Origin: Gnetum montanum
Taxonomy: Eukaryota > Plantae > Gnetophyta
Assembly (NCBI GenBank): GCA_015680685.1
Contig: MNCI01002976.1
Location: forward strand, 7,223-71,222
Length of the DNA stretch: 64,000 bases
Reading direction: 5' to 3'
The notes below the pieces were generated by a model. That model did no database searches, was not told where the DNA came from, and worked only from the letters and a program-made list of their open reading frames with translations. The position numbers and the translations under genes were made by a program. Positions 52,751-64,000 of this stretch are shown here, one piece after another; position 1 is the first letter of the stretch; each line of letters begins with the position of its first letter.

Positions 52751-53373
52751 TCCTTGTAGCCTCAAAACATGGCCTCATAAGCTTGAAACTAGCAAAACCT
52801 AATAGTTTTTGACCTATATTAATCAAATTTTATCATATATAGCCTATTTTACTTGATGTTTGCCTTATTAAGTAGTGTTTTGACTTGGTTTTAGACTTAT
52901 GTTGCCTTGAGGACCTTGTTGACCTTTTATGGCCTTTATACAACATTATATATTCTTTGTTTATCCCATTACAAGTCTATTGTTTTTTTTTTGGCCTTTA
53001 AATGGTATCAAATAGTGAGGTTTGACCTTACCTAACCACTACTTGACACCATATGACCATGGCCCACTAAGGTCTTAAAGTAGCATCATAGTCCACCAAG
53101 ACTATAAATTGGCATCATGGCCCACTAAGACCTTAAACTAGCAAAATAGTAAGCTTTATTGATCATTTTTAGCCTTACAGCTTATATTTCCCTTTGTTTA
53201 ACCTTTATGTAACATTTGTTCACCTCTATTGCACTTTTCCAAATTGACCTTATCTCATTGATGACATTGGATGCCTTTGATTGCATTAGATTTGCATACG
53301 TTTGATGGAATTTTAACATTATTTATTTACTTTTACCCATGTACCACTTCATATTCTTTTGGTTGATATGCAG

Positions 53374-56300
53374 TATCAAAGTATGAGTACTTGGGAGCAA
53401 ATCAATTTACCTTTGTGTCTACATGGACCTTACGATGATATTAAATGATGTATCGACTATGATTGCCTAGATCTCAAGCTTGAAAGTCTTGTAGACCACA
53501 TAGCCTCAATAGAGAAACCTCTATAATTGCTTGAAAACCTAGTCAAAACCCTTGACTTAGAATCAAGGACCATAACTAAGGGCTCTCTAGTTGAGGTTCC
53601 TATCACAACACATAGTGGTGAGGAGAAAATCCTTAAACTAATTTCCTCACTAGAGCCTCAATGTGCCCAAGATATCAATCTTACAAAATAACATTAAGGT
53701 ATTTGCTTGGTCATATGAAGACATTCTAGGCCTAGACCCATGTCTATTCTAGCACAATATCATATTGGACCCTAGCATTATACTAGTTAAGCAAAAAGTG
53801 CAAAATATTAGACTTGATTTGGCCTTGACAATTCATAATGAAATCTCAAAGCTCTACCAAACAGGTCTCAGTAGGGCTATTAATTATGTAGAATGGATGT
53901 TCAACATAGTGGTAGTACCTAAGAAAAATGGAACTATCGATATTTGCATTAATTTGTAAGACCTAAATAAAGAAACCATCAAGGATGACTTCCATTTGCT
54001 TAGTATTGATCAACTTATTAATACTACAACTGAACATGCCCTATTGTCCTTTATGGATGGATTCTTAGGATATAACCAAATTAGGATCAACTCAATGTAC
54101 CAGCTTAGCATTACCTTTATGATCCCAAGGGGTACTTTTTGTTATACCATGATGTCCATTGTCCTTAAGAATGCGAGAGCAACATACCAAGGAGCCATGA
54201 CCTATATCTTCAGTGATTACATGTTAGGTTTTCTTAATGGCTATGTAGATGACATAGTTGTAAAATATAAAATAGCCAATGATCATGCTAATGACCTAGA
54301 CCTTGTGCTTAAACAATGCCTCAAATATGATCTTAGGCCCAATCCTAAGAAGTGTGTCTTCTGTGTTAAGATTAATAAGATGCTTGGCTTTATAATCTTT
54401 GAAGTAGGGATACACATAGATCTTGATATGGTTAAGGCCATATCCAAATTGGAAACACCTACCAACCTTAAAGAGCTTTGGGGATTACAAGGTAGATTAA
54501 AATTTATTCATATGTTTATCGCTAAGCTTATAGATAAGTTACAGCCTATGCAACATTTACTCAAGAAAGGAGTTCACTATGAATGGGTGGCTCAATGCTA
54601 AGAAGCCTTTGAAAACCTTAAGTAAGAGTTGACACAATTGTCGACAGTCTATCATTCACAAGAGGGTAAAGCATTCTACATTTATCTCACCATCTCTAAT
54701 ATATTTTTTTCCTCTCTACTCTATTAGAAATGTGATGACAGGGTAGAAATGCTTGTATACTACATTAGTTATACATTAGTTTTCCACAAGACCCGATACA
54801 CTAAAGTGAAGAAGTATTATCTAGTGCTAGTCCTCTCTTTGAAGAAATGGAGATAATACCTATTCATAAGCCAAGTCATCATAATTTGCAAGGATAACAT
54901 ACTCAAAGCCATAATGACCAACATCTACAAAAGTAGCCATATAGCTCAATGGAAATCTATAACCACAAAGTTCAACCTCCATTATGTCTCTCAATCATCA
55001 ACAAAAGGTCAAGCTATAGCCATACAACTCATAGTTTCACCTATTGATGACCAAGTATCCATGGACCCTAACTTTCCTGATGAACACATTAACACACTTA
55101 GCCAAGTGCTCAAGCATTATGAGGTAGTCATGAACTTTGATGGGGCTTCAACCACCCATGGAGCTAGTGCTACTACCATCATAACATTTCCATCTAGTGA
55201 AATCCAACCCTTTGCCTATCATTTTGGGTTCCCATGTATAAAAACCATAGTGGGATATGAGGATTTTATTAGAGGGATCATGGTAGCTCATGACTTAGGA
55301 ATTAGATGCCTAGCCATCAAAGGCGATTCACAACTCATGGTTAGCCAAGTAACTAAAGTCTATGCATGCAAAGCTAAGCATTTACAACCTTACTGTGACC
55401 TAGGAAAGAAATTCTTATAATAATTCATAGACATTGATGTCCAAAACATAATTCAAAATAAAAATTCCATAACTAATGCAATTGCAAAACTAGCCCTTAG
55501 TGTGATACTAGATGTGTTTATCAAGTTTCCCACCTTAACTATGGACTGTGCTACTTTCATCATACAGAACACTGAGGATACCTTTGTGGCCATCATTCAT
55601 ACTACTCCTCCTAAGGAGTGGTATGATGATATCAAATTTTACCTTATACATGATGAATCCTCACAAGGCTTGACTACTTCTCAGAAGGATGCCATATGCA
55701 AGCAATCAAAGCATTATGTCATCATAGGTGATAACACATTATGTTAAAAATCCTACAGTGGCATACTTCTAAAGTGCTTAGGTAAAATCAAAGCTAGAAT
55801 AGTCCTAGAGGAGGTTCACAAGATCATTTTTGGAGGACATATAGGACCTAGAGCTATGATTCCTAATATTAGACGATAAGGCTACTATTGCTCCATATGG
55901 AAAATGACTGCTTGCAAAAGGTTAAGCAATGTGACATATGCCAATGATATAGCAACCTAATACATGTATCACTAATTAAGTTACATAAAACCTGGATAAC
56001 ATGGCCATTTCAATAATGGGGGTTGGATATCATTGGACCTATAATTCCTAAGTCTATTGTAAGGCATAGTTTCATCATTATTGCAACCAACTACTTTACT
56101 AAGTGGGTTTAGACTATTCCCATAAGGAAGACCATGTCTAAACAAGTTTGCAAGTTTATCCTAGACAACATTGTAGCTCATTTTGGCATACGCATAACCA
56201 TAGTTACAAATAATGGACCTCAATTCAGTAGCCAAGAAACCAAGCATTTTTATCACAACCTAGGCATTAAGCATTCATTCTCATCACCTTACTACCTACA

Positions 56301-56874
56301 AGCTAATGGACAAGTAGAAGAAAGCAACAAGGCCATCATCAACTTGCTTAAGAAGATGCTCAACAATAACAAGTAGAAGTGTCATGAGTGACTTGTCCAT
56401 GCACTATGGATATATAGAACAACCTATCACATGACAATTGGCATGATTCCTTATAGCCTTGTTTATGATTTTGAAGCTATTTTAGCTCTTGAATTATAGG
56501 TGCCATCACTCCAGGTAGCCTTGACCGACTTTATCAATGGCAAGTAGAATAAGGAGTTGTAGATATTAGTATTAGATTTGGTGGAGGAGTGGCATATGCA
56601 AGTGCTTGCTCACATTGAGTACCATCAAGAGAGGTAGAAGCAACAACATCATCATAACATGACCATGCACAAGATCAAGGAGGGGGACCTAGTCCTCAAG
56701 GCCGTCTATGAGCATGTAGATAAATTCTCAACCAACTGTAAAGGGCCCTTTCTTCTCACAAACATCTATGAGAATGAAGTATTCAGAATAGGCAACATGG
56801 ATGGAAATGAGCTCACCAATGTACTTAATCATTCTTATCTAAATCCATACTACATGGAGTTGATAGATCGTTAA
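53374..56874 (+). pseudogene. pol: Degenerate Ogre/Tat pol: RT, RNase H, archaeal-type RNase H, integrase
   Basis: VFAWSYEDILGLDP, WMFNIVVVPKKNG, LLSFMDGFLGYNQI, YVDDIVVK; aRH FDGAS...YE...GDSQLMVSQV; integrase EEVH...GGH, GLDIIGP, PYYLQANGQVEESNK, KGPF. Confidence 0.93.
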
Positions 56875-56926
56875 CAAGCGAGCCCACTTTGAATGGTCTG
56901 CTATGATCTTAAACTAGAAACATAGT

Positions 56927-57892
56927 TGATGAGTGACGAGGTATCCCTACACTCAACCATACGAATACGAGCGTTACATGCGTGATCTGTTCGAACTCCG
57001 TAGACGGACTAGTTGTGGCACCTAGATAGTTAGCCTTAAGTCATAATTCGTTGTCTTCCCACCTGGACTAGTATCATCTTTGTCATGTATGGTTTAGTCC
57101 AGAGTGAGGTGTATGATGTGGTTTCTAATCTAATGCTACTCCTGAAGGCAATGGAAAATAATGTTAACTAAGCTAAGAGGGAAAGGATGAGAGAGAGTCT
57201 AAACTAGCCTAAGTGCAATGAGCATCCATTCCTTGATTATCCATACACATCTTGGACTTCGTGCATGACTACTATTGGGACTACCAAGTGCAGATCCTAG
57301 ATAAGCTACTCGGTTACCAAGTAGTCACACTTAAATGCTCGTAATCAAGTCATACTCATTCCGCGTTTAATAGGAGTTTAAGGGTGAGAGAGATTAACTA
57401 AGAAAGCAGTAAATAACAAATAAATAAATAAATAAATAAACTAAGTGAATGCTGCGATGATGAAGTAATCTTGATCTTTATTTCTGATCATGTGCGTGTC
57501 CAAGTACGTCACACTCAAAAAAGGATGCTATACAATTACAATCACCACACTACGGGCATACACTAGGAAATAATTCTAACTCTAAGAAGGAAAAACTACA
57601 AGAGTTTGGCTAGGGAACTAAAAAATGGATGCAAAACAAGGGAGAGCCACCTCTTATTTATAGGAATTGAGGCAGGCCGTGATATCACGTACATGATATC
57701 ATGGCTGATGCGATATCACGGCCGCGATATCGTGTACACGATATCACTGCTGATGTGATATTGTGGCTACGATATCGCATACATGATATCGCAACCCATG
57801 GGATATCATGGCTATGATATCACGGTAGTAATATCACAACCACTATGATATCATAGGTGTGATATCACAGCCAGCAAATTCATGACTCATCA
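56927..57892 (-). repeat. 3' LTR (966 bp)
   Basis: TGATGAGT...ACTCATCA termini. PPT-like CAGTTGTGGGTTA adjacent (57893-57905, minus). TATA CCTATAAATA at ~57655-57664. 13 GATATC-type motifs at 57678-57870. Confidence 0.92.
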
Positions 57893-58072
57893 TAACCCAC
57901 AACTGAATGAAAACTCGTCCTCGAGTTACAAAGAGAACAAGATCCATTGATTACACAATGGATAGGTATGAGATTAATGACTGACTAGAATGGATTCATG
58001 CTGAAGTGTGGAGTCAGAAAAAATTGAGATACAACATAAAAGAAAATCTTATGATTACAAAATTGGTGGAAC

Positions 58073-58839
58073 TCATGTAGTTCCTAGTGGCGGTGGCTCC
58101 TCCATAGGTGTCTTTCCCTTCTCTTGTGCTCCAGGTCTTGGGATTTGATAGCGTTGAAGTATGGCCTAGAGTTTCTCCTCTTGTAAGGCCTTGAGTGCCT
58201 TGGCATGCATTTCATTTTACGCTTGTGCCATAGAGGCATCCCAATCATCCTTCTCTTTTTCTTCTGCCACCCTTTTATTCTGTGTCAACAGTTTATTAAG
58301 TTGCTCGGTTCTAAAAGTGTCTATCTGGTTCTAAGCAACCTTTGGCCCTATATTTGGAAGGTTTAATACTTCCAAAATGGCTTGAATAGAGAAATCAATA
58401 GTCACAGCATAGTTTTTAACCATGGTGCCTTCTCCCTATTGTGACAAAATTGGTACATTTCCCCTAAGTACCAGGTACTGCTTTTAGAGAGGGTAGGCCA
58501 TAATGGGGATCCTTTGAGGTGATTCCTAACGGCCTCCATAGTAAATTTTGTGAAAGGTCCAGAGTTTAATTCCATGATCGCTATAGTGAATATGGACCTT
58601 TCATGGATGGTTTGAACACAATCCTAGGTCAGCGTGAGATATCGTCCCTATTCAGACGCTGCAGTAGCTCCTCCTTTCTCCTATCTTGATTGTACAGTAG
58701 CAGGGTCTTCTTGGTGGATACTAAATGATTGTTCCTCCTACTTTGCATGTTGTTCGGAAAGAACTTTTCCTTCACCTCTCCTAGGTTGTTTGATCACACC
58801 TTAAGAAGGACCTTCCTGTTGTCCGCGTTTCAAGGCCAT
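58073..58839 (-). pseudogene. Decayed Athila env-like / putative plant transposon protein ORF (~250 codons)
   Basis: TTGCAG|ATG start. MALKRGQQEGPS... GEMYQFCHN... TIDFSIQAILEVLNLP (cf. EFYAN...I.FS...IN..L.LP of Athila env-like ORFs), then a coiled-coil tail. Stops are CAA/CAG>TAA/TAG type, with one frameshift. Confidence 0.65.
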
Positions 58840-60707
58840 CTGCAATCACATCGGGCCAATAGTTAGTAAGGTTGTTACCAAAGTTAGGTTATACCTTACT
58901 GCTTTCCTTAATAGATTTACCTTATTTCTGTGTGATGTTAATTATTGGAAGAACATGTCCTCAAAATATTATAATGTTGAATCTGCTTTGCTTAGGTGGT
59001 TTCCAAATTTAATTTTCTGGTATAGCTAAGGGGATGAAATTGTTTTTGACACGTTTTGTTCTTAATTTTACAACTAATTACCCTTAAATATGTCCTTTGG
59101 GTGATGATGAATTTCAAAAAATTTCAAAAACATTTATGCACTATTCAGCATGTGCCCCTCCCCCACAACTAAGCTGAACACTCCGGGTTCAAGTAGGTTC
59201 AGACAAAATGAAAATCAGAGTACCAGTGAGCGAGATATGGATATGAAAGCAAGGGATGCGCAGTTGTGATTTGTAGAGAGGAATTTGAAAAACTTCCCCT
59301 ACGTGAACAGTTGCAAATGATGTTGATTAGCATAGGGGGGTCACATATATATATTTTCATTGAAGTTAGGGCACTTAGAGAATGTACCGAATTTTTAATA
59401 TTTCTTTGAAATTAAATGATGTAAATGAAGGACATCTGGAAGATTGTTAAAGGGTTCCAGGGTAATTCAACTAGTTCTGAAGGCACGCAAATTATGATGG
59501 TGTGGAATTTATTAGTAAGGACCTAGAATGCAAGAAAAAGGCTATGTGATAGTAATAAGGGAAAGAAAAATTTTGGCAATATGCTAAGGGTAAGAAATGG
59601 TGTGTGTGAGCTATGTCATAAGCGAAGATTACAAAAGATTACACAAGTGGGTCCTCCCCAAAGTAGGTTTCAACCTATAATGCCCTTGTGAAACCACACG
59701 TAAAAGTGTCCATGGGTACTAGAAGGGTTAAATGTAATCCACACTAATTCCACAAAACACACACATGTAAATATCACTAGAATGAGGTAAGAATTCTGTG
59801 TTACACATGACATGAGCTACAATTACATGAACAATGAGATGAGATGAACTATAGAAAGGGATTGTATAGATTGGGACATGAGGTAACTAACCCAGGGAAT
59901 AGTGAATTTTGCATGTAAAGCATGATTAATGTATCATTAACCCATCATTCCAAGATCAGGACCAAGTCCATTCCTCTTGATCAGTGACATCGCATTGTTT
60001 CATCCCATGAGGAGCAACTATGAGAGTACCATAACAACAAGGCGTACGATCACTTAGCATTTTGTTCAAGGGAGGAGTGATTTTTGTTTTGTGGCACTTC
60101 CTTTTTTTTGTTGTTTTTTTTTTTTGTTTTTTTTCTTTTTTTTCTGATTGCTGAATCTAGAGAAGCTACCAATGTTCAGGCATGGGTGCATGTCTTTCCA
60201 ATGGGACCCCCTAGAACAACATTGGATTTTTGAGTGCTCTTTTGATTACTCTTACTCCCATTTTTGTTAGATCTACAAGGATCTTAGTACAACCATGTTA
60301 CATAATAACTCCCACAGACATCACCAAAGAGAATCTGCAAGTCCCCTTGATGTCACATCCTAATCATTCCCTCTTGGTCCATCCTTCTTCATTCTAGGTA
60401 CAATGAACACAAAATTAATTTTAAGTTTTAAAAATGTCAAGAATATCACTGTACCCTCAAACAGAACCTCTTATTTGTAGAATGGATAAGTGGGTGTAAT
60501 GGGCTCACTGTCCAAATAATAAATCATTCGAGACTTGACAAAATAGAACACACCTCAACCAACGATCCACATGAGTGTTTTATTTGTAGATGAGATTACT
60601 GATAAGAATGTAAAGAGACAAAAAGACAAAAAGATAAAACAAGAAATTGAAAAATGAAAAACTGGAAAACAAAAAGTTGTAAAATTAAAGAAAATGAAAA
60701 GTATTTA

Positions 60708-62990
60708 TTAATCCTGCTTGCTCCTAAAATGGGGGATATCCCTCATAGCTAAACGGTTGAGGATGGAAAGGATTAATAATTGACGACGGGGATCCTTGCA
60801 TGTTGGAAGTATTGGAACTTGGCCATACTTACCCCGTTGGGTTTCACACACTGGGTTATAGTAAGCATAGTGGGGAAATTTATACGATGTAGTTCTCAGA
60901 TTACGAGTTGACCCACTATGATATTTAGGACCGTTAGATGGTATGCAAGGATTAGGATGATGCCTTCCATGACTGTGTTCATTAGGCCATATGGTTGTTG
61001 GAGTGTTAGCTGGTGGTCCTAATGAAGTAACATGAGGCGTTGGATTTGAAGATAAGGGTGTGATACAGCGTTGGGCTTGTGCTGAGTTGGATGATGCAGT
61101 GCCCTTGGAATTGTGTTGTCCCTTCCTAGGATCATTTCTAAAGGGACGTCTTCGATGTTGAGGAGGCCTCTCACTGTTGTTGATAGTAGTAACACAAGTG
61201 GCATTCATGGGTTGTTGCTATGGCACAAGCACCTTAGGAATAGTTCGTGGCAATGTGGAAGGAGTGAAAGGATGAGAATGTTGAAAATTAGGAGAAGTGT
61301 AAGGTGCACAAGGCGATGGTGGTGTTGAGGACATGGGCTAATAGTATTGTGGAGAATGGTAATGTGGTGAGATAGGGTATGTTGGCCCAGTTGGGGAAAT
61401 AGGATGTTGAACTAGATAAGCATTTGGATTTAGGTGATATGAAGGGTGCCTCTAGTGTAAGGGTGGTTTCCCCCATGATTGGGATTGTTGCCACTGTTGT
61501 CGAACATAGTATCTCTGTATGATCTTTGGATGTAACGTGTTTCCCCAATGCTCATATAAATGTAACAGGATTGGGCATTGGCCCTTGGGGTGATCATACA
61601 GGCATATGTTGCATTCATACATATGATCAGCAGTTGAGCTCTTATTTTCTTCATTCCTTCTTTCTGAATGTCTAATGTTTTGTCCTACTTCTTGGGTTGC
61701 CAAAGCTCTATCTCCAATAATATCGATAACTTCTCCACACCTTTTATGCGTCCATTCCAACATCTTATTAATCCTTTCCTCGAATTTCTCTAATGATTGT
61801 TGTTCTGGCAAAGATGGTTCTTCCTCCTTGTGATAGGTTGATTTCTCATTTTTATGATCATGGACCTTTGTTAAGTTGAGATTTTGGTCCCATTGATGTT
61901 TTTCAACACTCTCCCATCTATCCATTTCTCCTTCTTCTTTTGCTACCCATTTAATAAGCTCTTGGATTTGATGGGTTCGTAGTTTGTATAGTTAGCCTTG
62001 GGCATACATCCCTAGGGTCTCTCTTGTTTCATCATGCAGCCCATCAATGATATGGTATATTAGCCTTTCCTCAGAGAACTCATGGCCTGGACAGTTATTT
62101 AACAGTGCATGATATCTTTCTAAGGCCATGTCCAAGAGTTCATTTTGTGCTTGTTTCCACCCTTGGATTTGTTTCCTTAAGGCTGAAACTCTTGCATAGG
62201 TTTGATATCTTTCACTAAAGAGTTCTACCATTGTTGGCCAACGTCGTATTGAATTTGGTTTTAACGATCTATACCATACTTTTTCTTGGCCAACAAGTGT
62301 CATAGGAAAGAGCTTGAGTTTTTTCCAACCATTATCAATGTTGTTCCATGTATAGGCATCATATAAGGCTTGTAAATGTTGTTGTAGATGTAAGTCATAG
62401 CCTCCTAAAAAATTGGGAAATTTTTTTAAATTGAGCTTGGGTAGGCGGCTCTCTTTATGAGGCCTACGTAAGATTCGAACAGCAACGTGTATTGGTGTTA
62501 GGCTCTTAGTGGCCAGCAAGGGTTCATCATCACTAAGTAGGTTGTGAGTTTGTGAGTTGGGATGATGTTGCCTTCATTTATGTTGGCGTTCTTGATTTTC
62601 TTTGTGAGCTCAATTTTTAGTTCTACGCCAATCCCTTGAAAGATAGTCATCCATGTCACAAACTGATGTTGAAGGAGTAGAGGAAGAGAAGGAACTATAA
62701 AACTCATTATGACTTTTGTAAGTCTTCCAATCATCCCCAAGTAAGTTCTTGTTAGTTATTGAGAAGGTTCTAGGCCTTTTGAGCCTCCTCATTCTATGGG
62801 ATGTCTCATCCTCACTAGAGGTGTCAGAGTTGGATGACGAGAGTCTTTGAGTATCGTTGGGGTGTTCATAAATGTAGGGGACTCCTACATAAGGTGGAGT
62901 ACTCCAAACTTCATTGTCATATAATTCGTCGGTTCTCCAATGAATTTCCTCCCTAGGTATGACATTAGTGTAATCTTGTATGAGAGGCAT
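60708..62990 (-). pseudogene. gag: gag (Retrotrans_gag + CCHC-like knuckle + P/Q/H/N-rich tail), frameshifted
   Basis: KLKLFPMTLVGQEKVWYRSLKPNSIRRW...ALERYHALLNNCPGH (61992-62519) and CNICLYDHPKGQCP (61452-61925). Confidence 0.88.
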
Positions 62991-63118
62991 GATTGTGAAA
63001 TTTGTGTGTGAATTTATGTGTGAATTTTTTTATATATAATTATTTCTTTCTAAAAGGTATATCGTTAAGTACTTTACAATGACCTTGTATGATATAACTA
63101 ATCTAGATAATAGCACCA

Positions 63119-63136
63119 TCCTTGACAATGGCGTCA
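63119..63136 (-). promoter_or_regulatory. Primer-binding site, tRNA-Asp type (decayed)
   Basis: TGACGCCATTGTCAAGGA versus TGGCGCCGTTGCCGGGGA, immediately after the LTR end. Confidence 0.8.
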
Positions 63137-63137
63137 A

Positions 63138-64000
63138 TGATGAGTGCCGAGGAACCCCTACACTCAACCATATGAATGGGAGTGTTACACGCACAATCCG
63201 GTTGAACTCCGTAGATAGACTAGTTGTGGCACCTAGATAGTTAGCCTTACGTCGTAGTTTGTTGTCTTCCCACCTGGACTAGTATTATCTTTGTCATGTA
63301 TGGTTTAGTCGAGAGTGAGGTGTATGATGTGGTTTCTAATCTAATGCTACTCCTAAAGGCAATGGAAAATAATGTTAACTAAGCTAAGAGGGAAAGGGTG
63401 AGAGAGAGTCTAAACTAGCCCAAGTGTGATGAGCATCCATTCCTTGATTATCCGTACACATCTTGGACTTCATGCATGACTACTACTGGGACTACCAAGC
63501 ACAAATCCTAGATACGCTACTGGGTTACCAAGTAGTGACACTTAAATGCTCGTAATCAAGTCGTACTCATTCTGCATTTAATAGGATTTTAAGGGTGAGA
63601 GAGATTAACTAAGAAAGCAGTAAATAACAATTAAATAATTAAATAATTAAACTAAGTGAATGCTGCAATGATGAAGTAATCTTGATCTTTATTTTCGGTC
63701 ATGTGCATGTCCAAGTACGTCACACTCGAATAAGGATGCCGTACAATTACAATCACCACACTATGGGCATACGCTAGGAAATAATTCTAACTCTAAGAAG
63801 GAAAAACTACAAGAGTTTGGCTAAGGAACTAAAAACTAGATGCAAAACAAGGGAGAGCCACCTCTTATTTATAGGAATTGAGGCAGGCCATGATATCACA
63901 TACGTGATATCGTGGCTGATGTGATATCACAGCTGCGATATCACGTACACAATATCGCTGCTGATGTGATATTGTAGCTGTGATATCACATACGTGATAT
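63138..64000 (-). repeat. 5' LTR (truncated by window end)
   Basis: Direct repeat of 56927-57790. Confidence 0.93.

Larger units (their letters stand above)
37250..56926 (+). mobile_element. Ogre/Tat-type element copy B (gag-PR ~40100-43330; ~10-kb interval; pol 53374-56874); 5' boundary approximate, 3' part displaced by the insertion at 56927
   Basis: gag TTLDQLMKVKKG..EPI.KFI.WW (41080 onward), protease 42750-43130, and pol with domain order RT-RH-aRH-INT. Confidence 0.85.
56927..64000 (-). mobile_element. Non-autonomous Athila-type LTR element (LTR-PBS-gag-noncoding-env-like ORF-PPT-LTR), no pol
   Basis: LTR pair 56927-57892 and 63138 to beyond 64000 (roughly 90% identical by eye). Asp-type PBS. 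No protease, RT or integrase motifs seen between gag and the 3' LTR. Confidence 0.9.

Noticed and set aside
56927-59150. 2.2-kb LTR containing the env-like ORF (PPT-like motif at 59154-59172)
   Set aside because: The LTR closes at ACTCATCA 57892 with its own PPT, and the TSD-bounded solo LTR shows the same end.
60101-60145. T-rich run as the poly(A) tail of a retrocopy or SINE
   Set aside because: No TSD or body seen; A-rich tracts are common in Athila internal noncoding regions.

Overview
Plant nuclear DNA (a gymnosperm-like, TE-dominated, heavily C>T/G>A-decayed genome is my guess; the species cannot be determined). It holds one intact host gene, an intronless nepenthesin-like A1 aspartic protease (7709-9157, +), inside nested decayed retroelements. 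These are: an L1 LINE split by two Athila-type LTR insertions; Tekay- and CRM-type chromovirus remnants; an RT-deleted Athila; two oppositely oriented copies (A and B) of an Ogre/Tat-type family; and a pol-less gag + env-like Athila-type element. Two structures stand out. (1) A 3.58-kb TG...CA solo-LTR-like insertion with a perfect GTTTC target-site duplication (32668-36249) carries an internally deleted presenilin copy upstream of its TATA box. (2) Ogre-type copy B has a ~10-kb protease-RT interval containing a multi-intron antisense gene next to a ~180-bp tandem array of decayed CG/CHG-containing motifs. All alignments and translations outside the supplied ORF track were done by eye; boundaries described as approximate are approximate.
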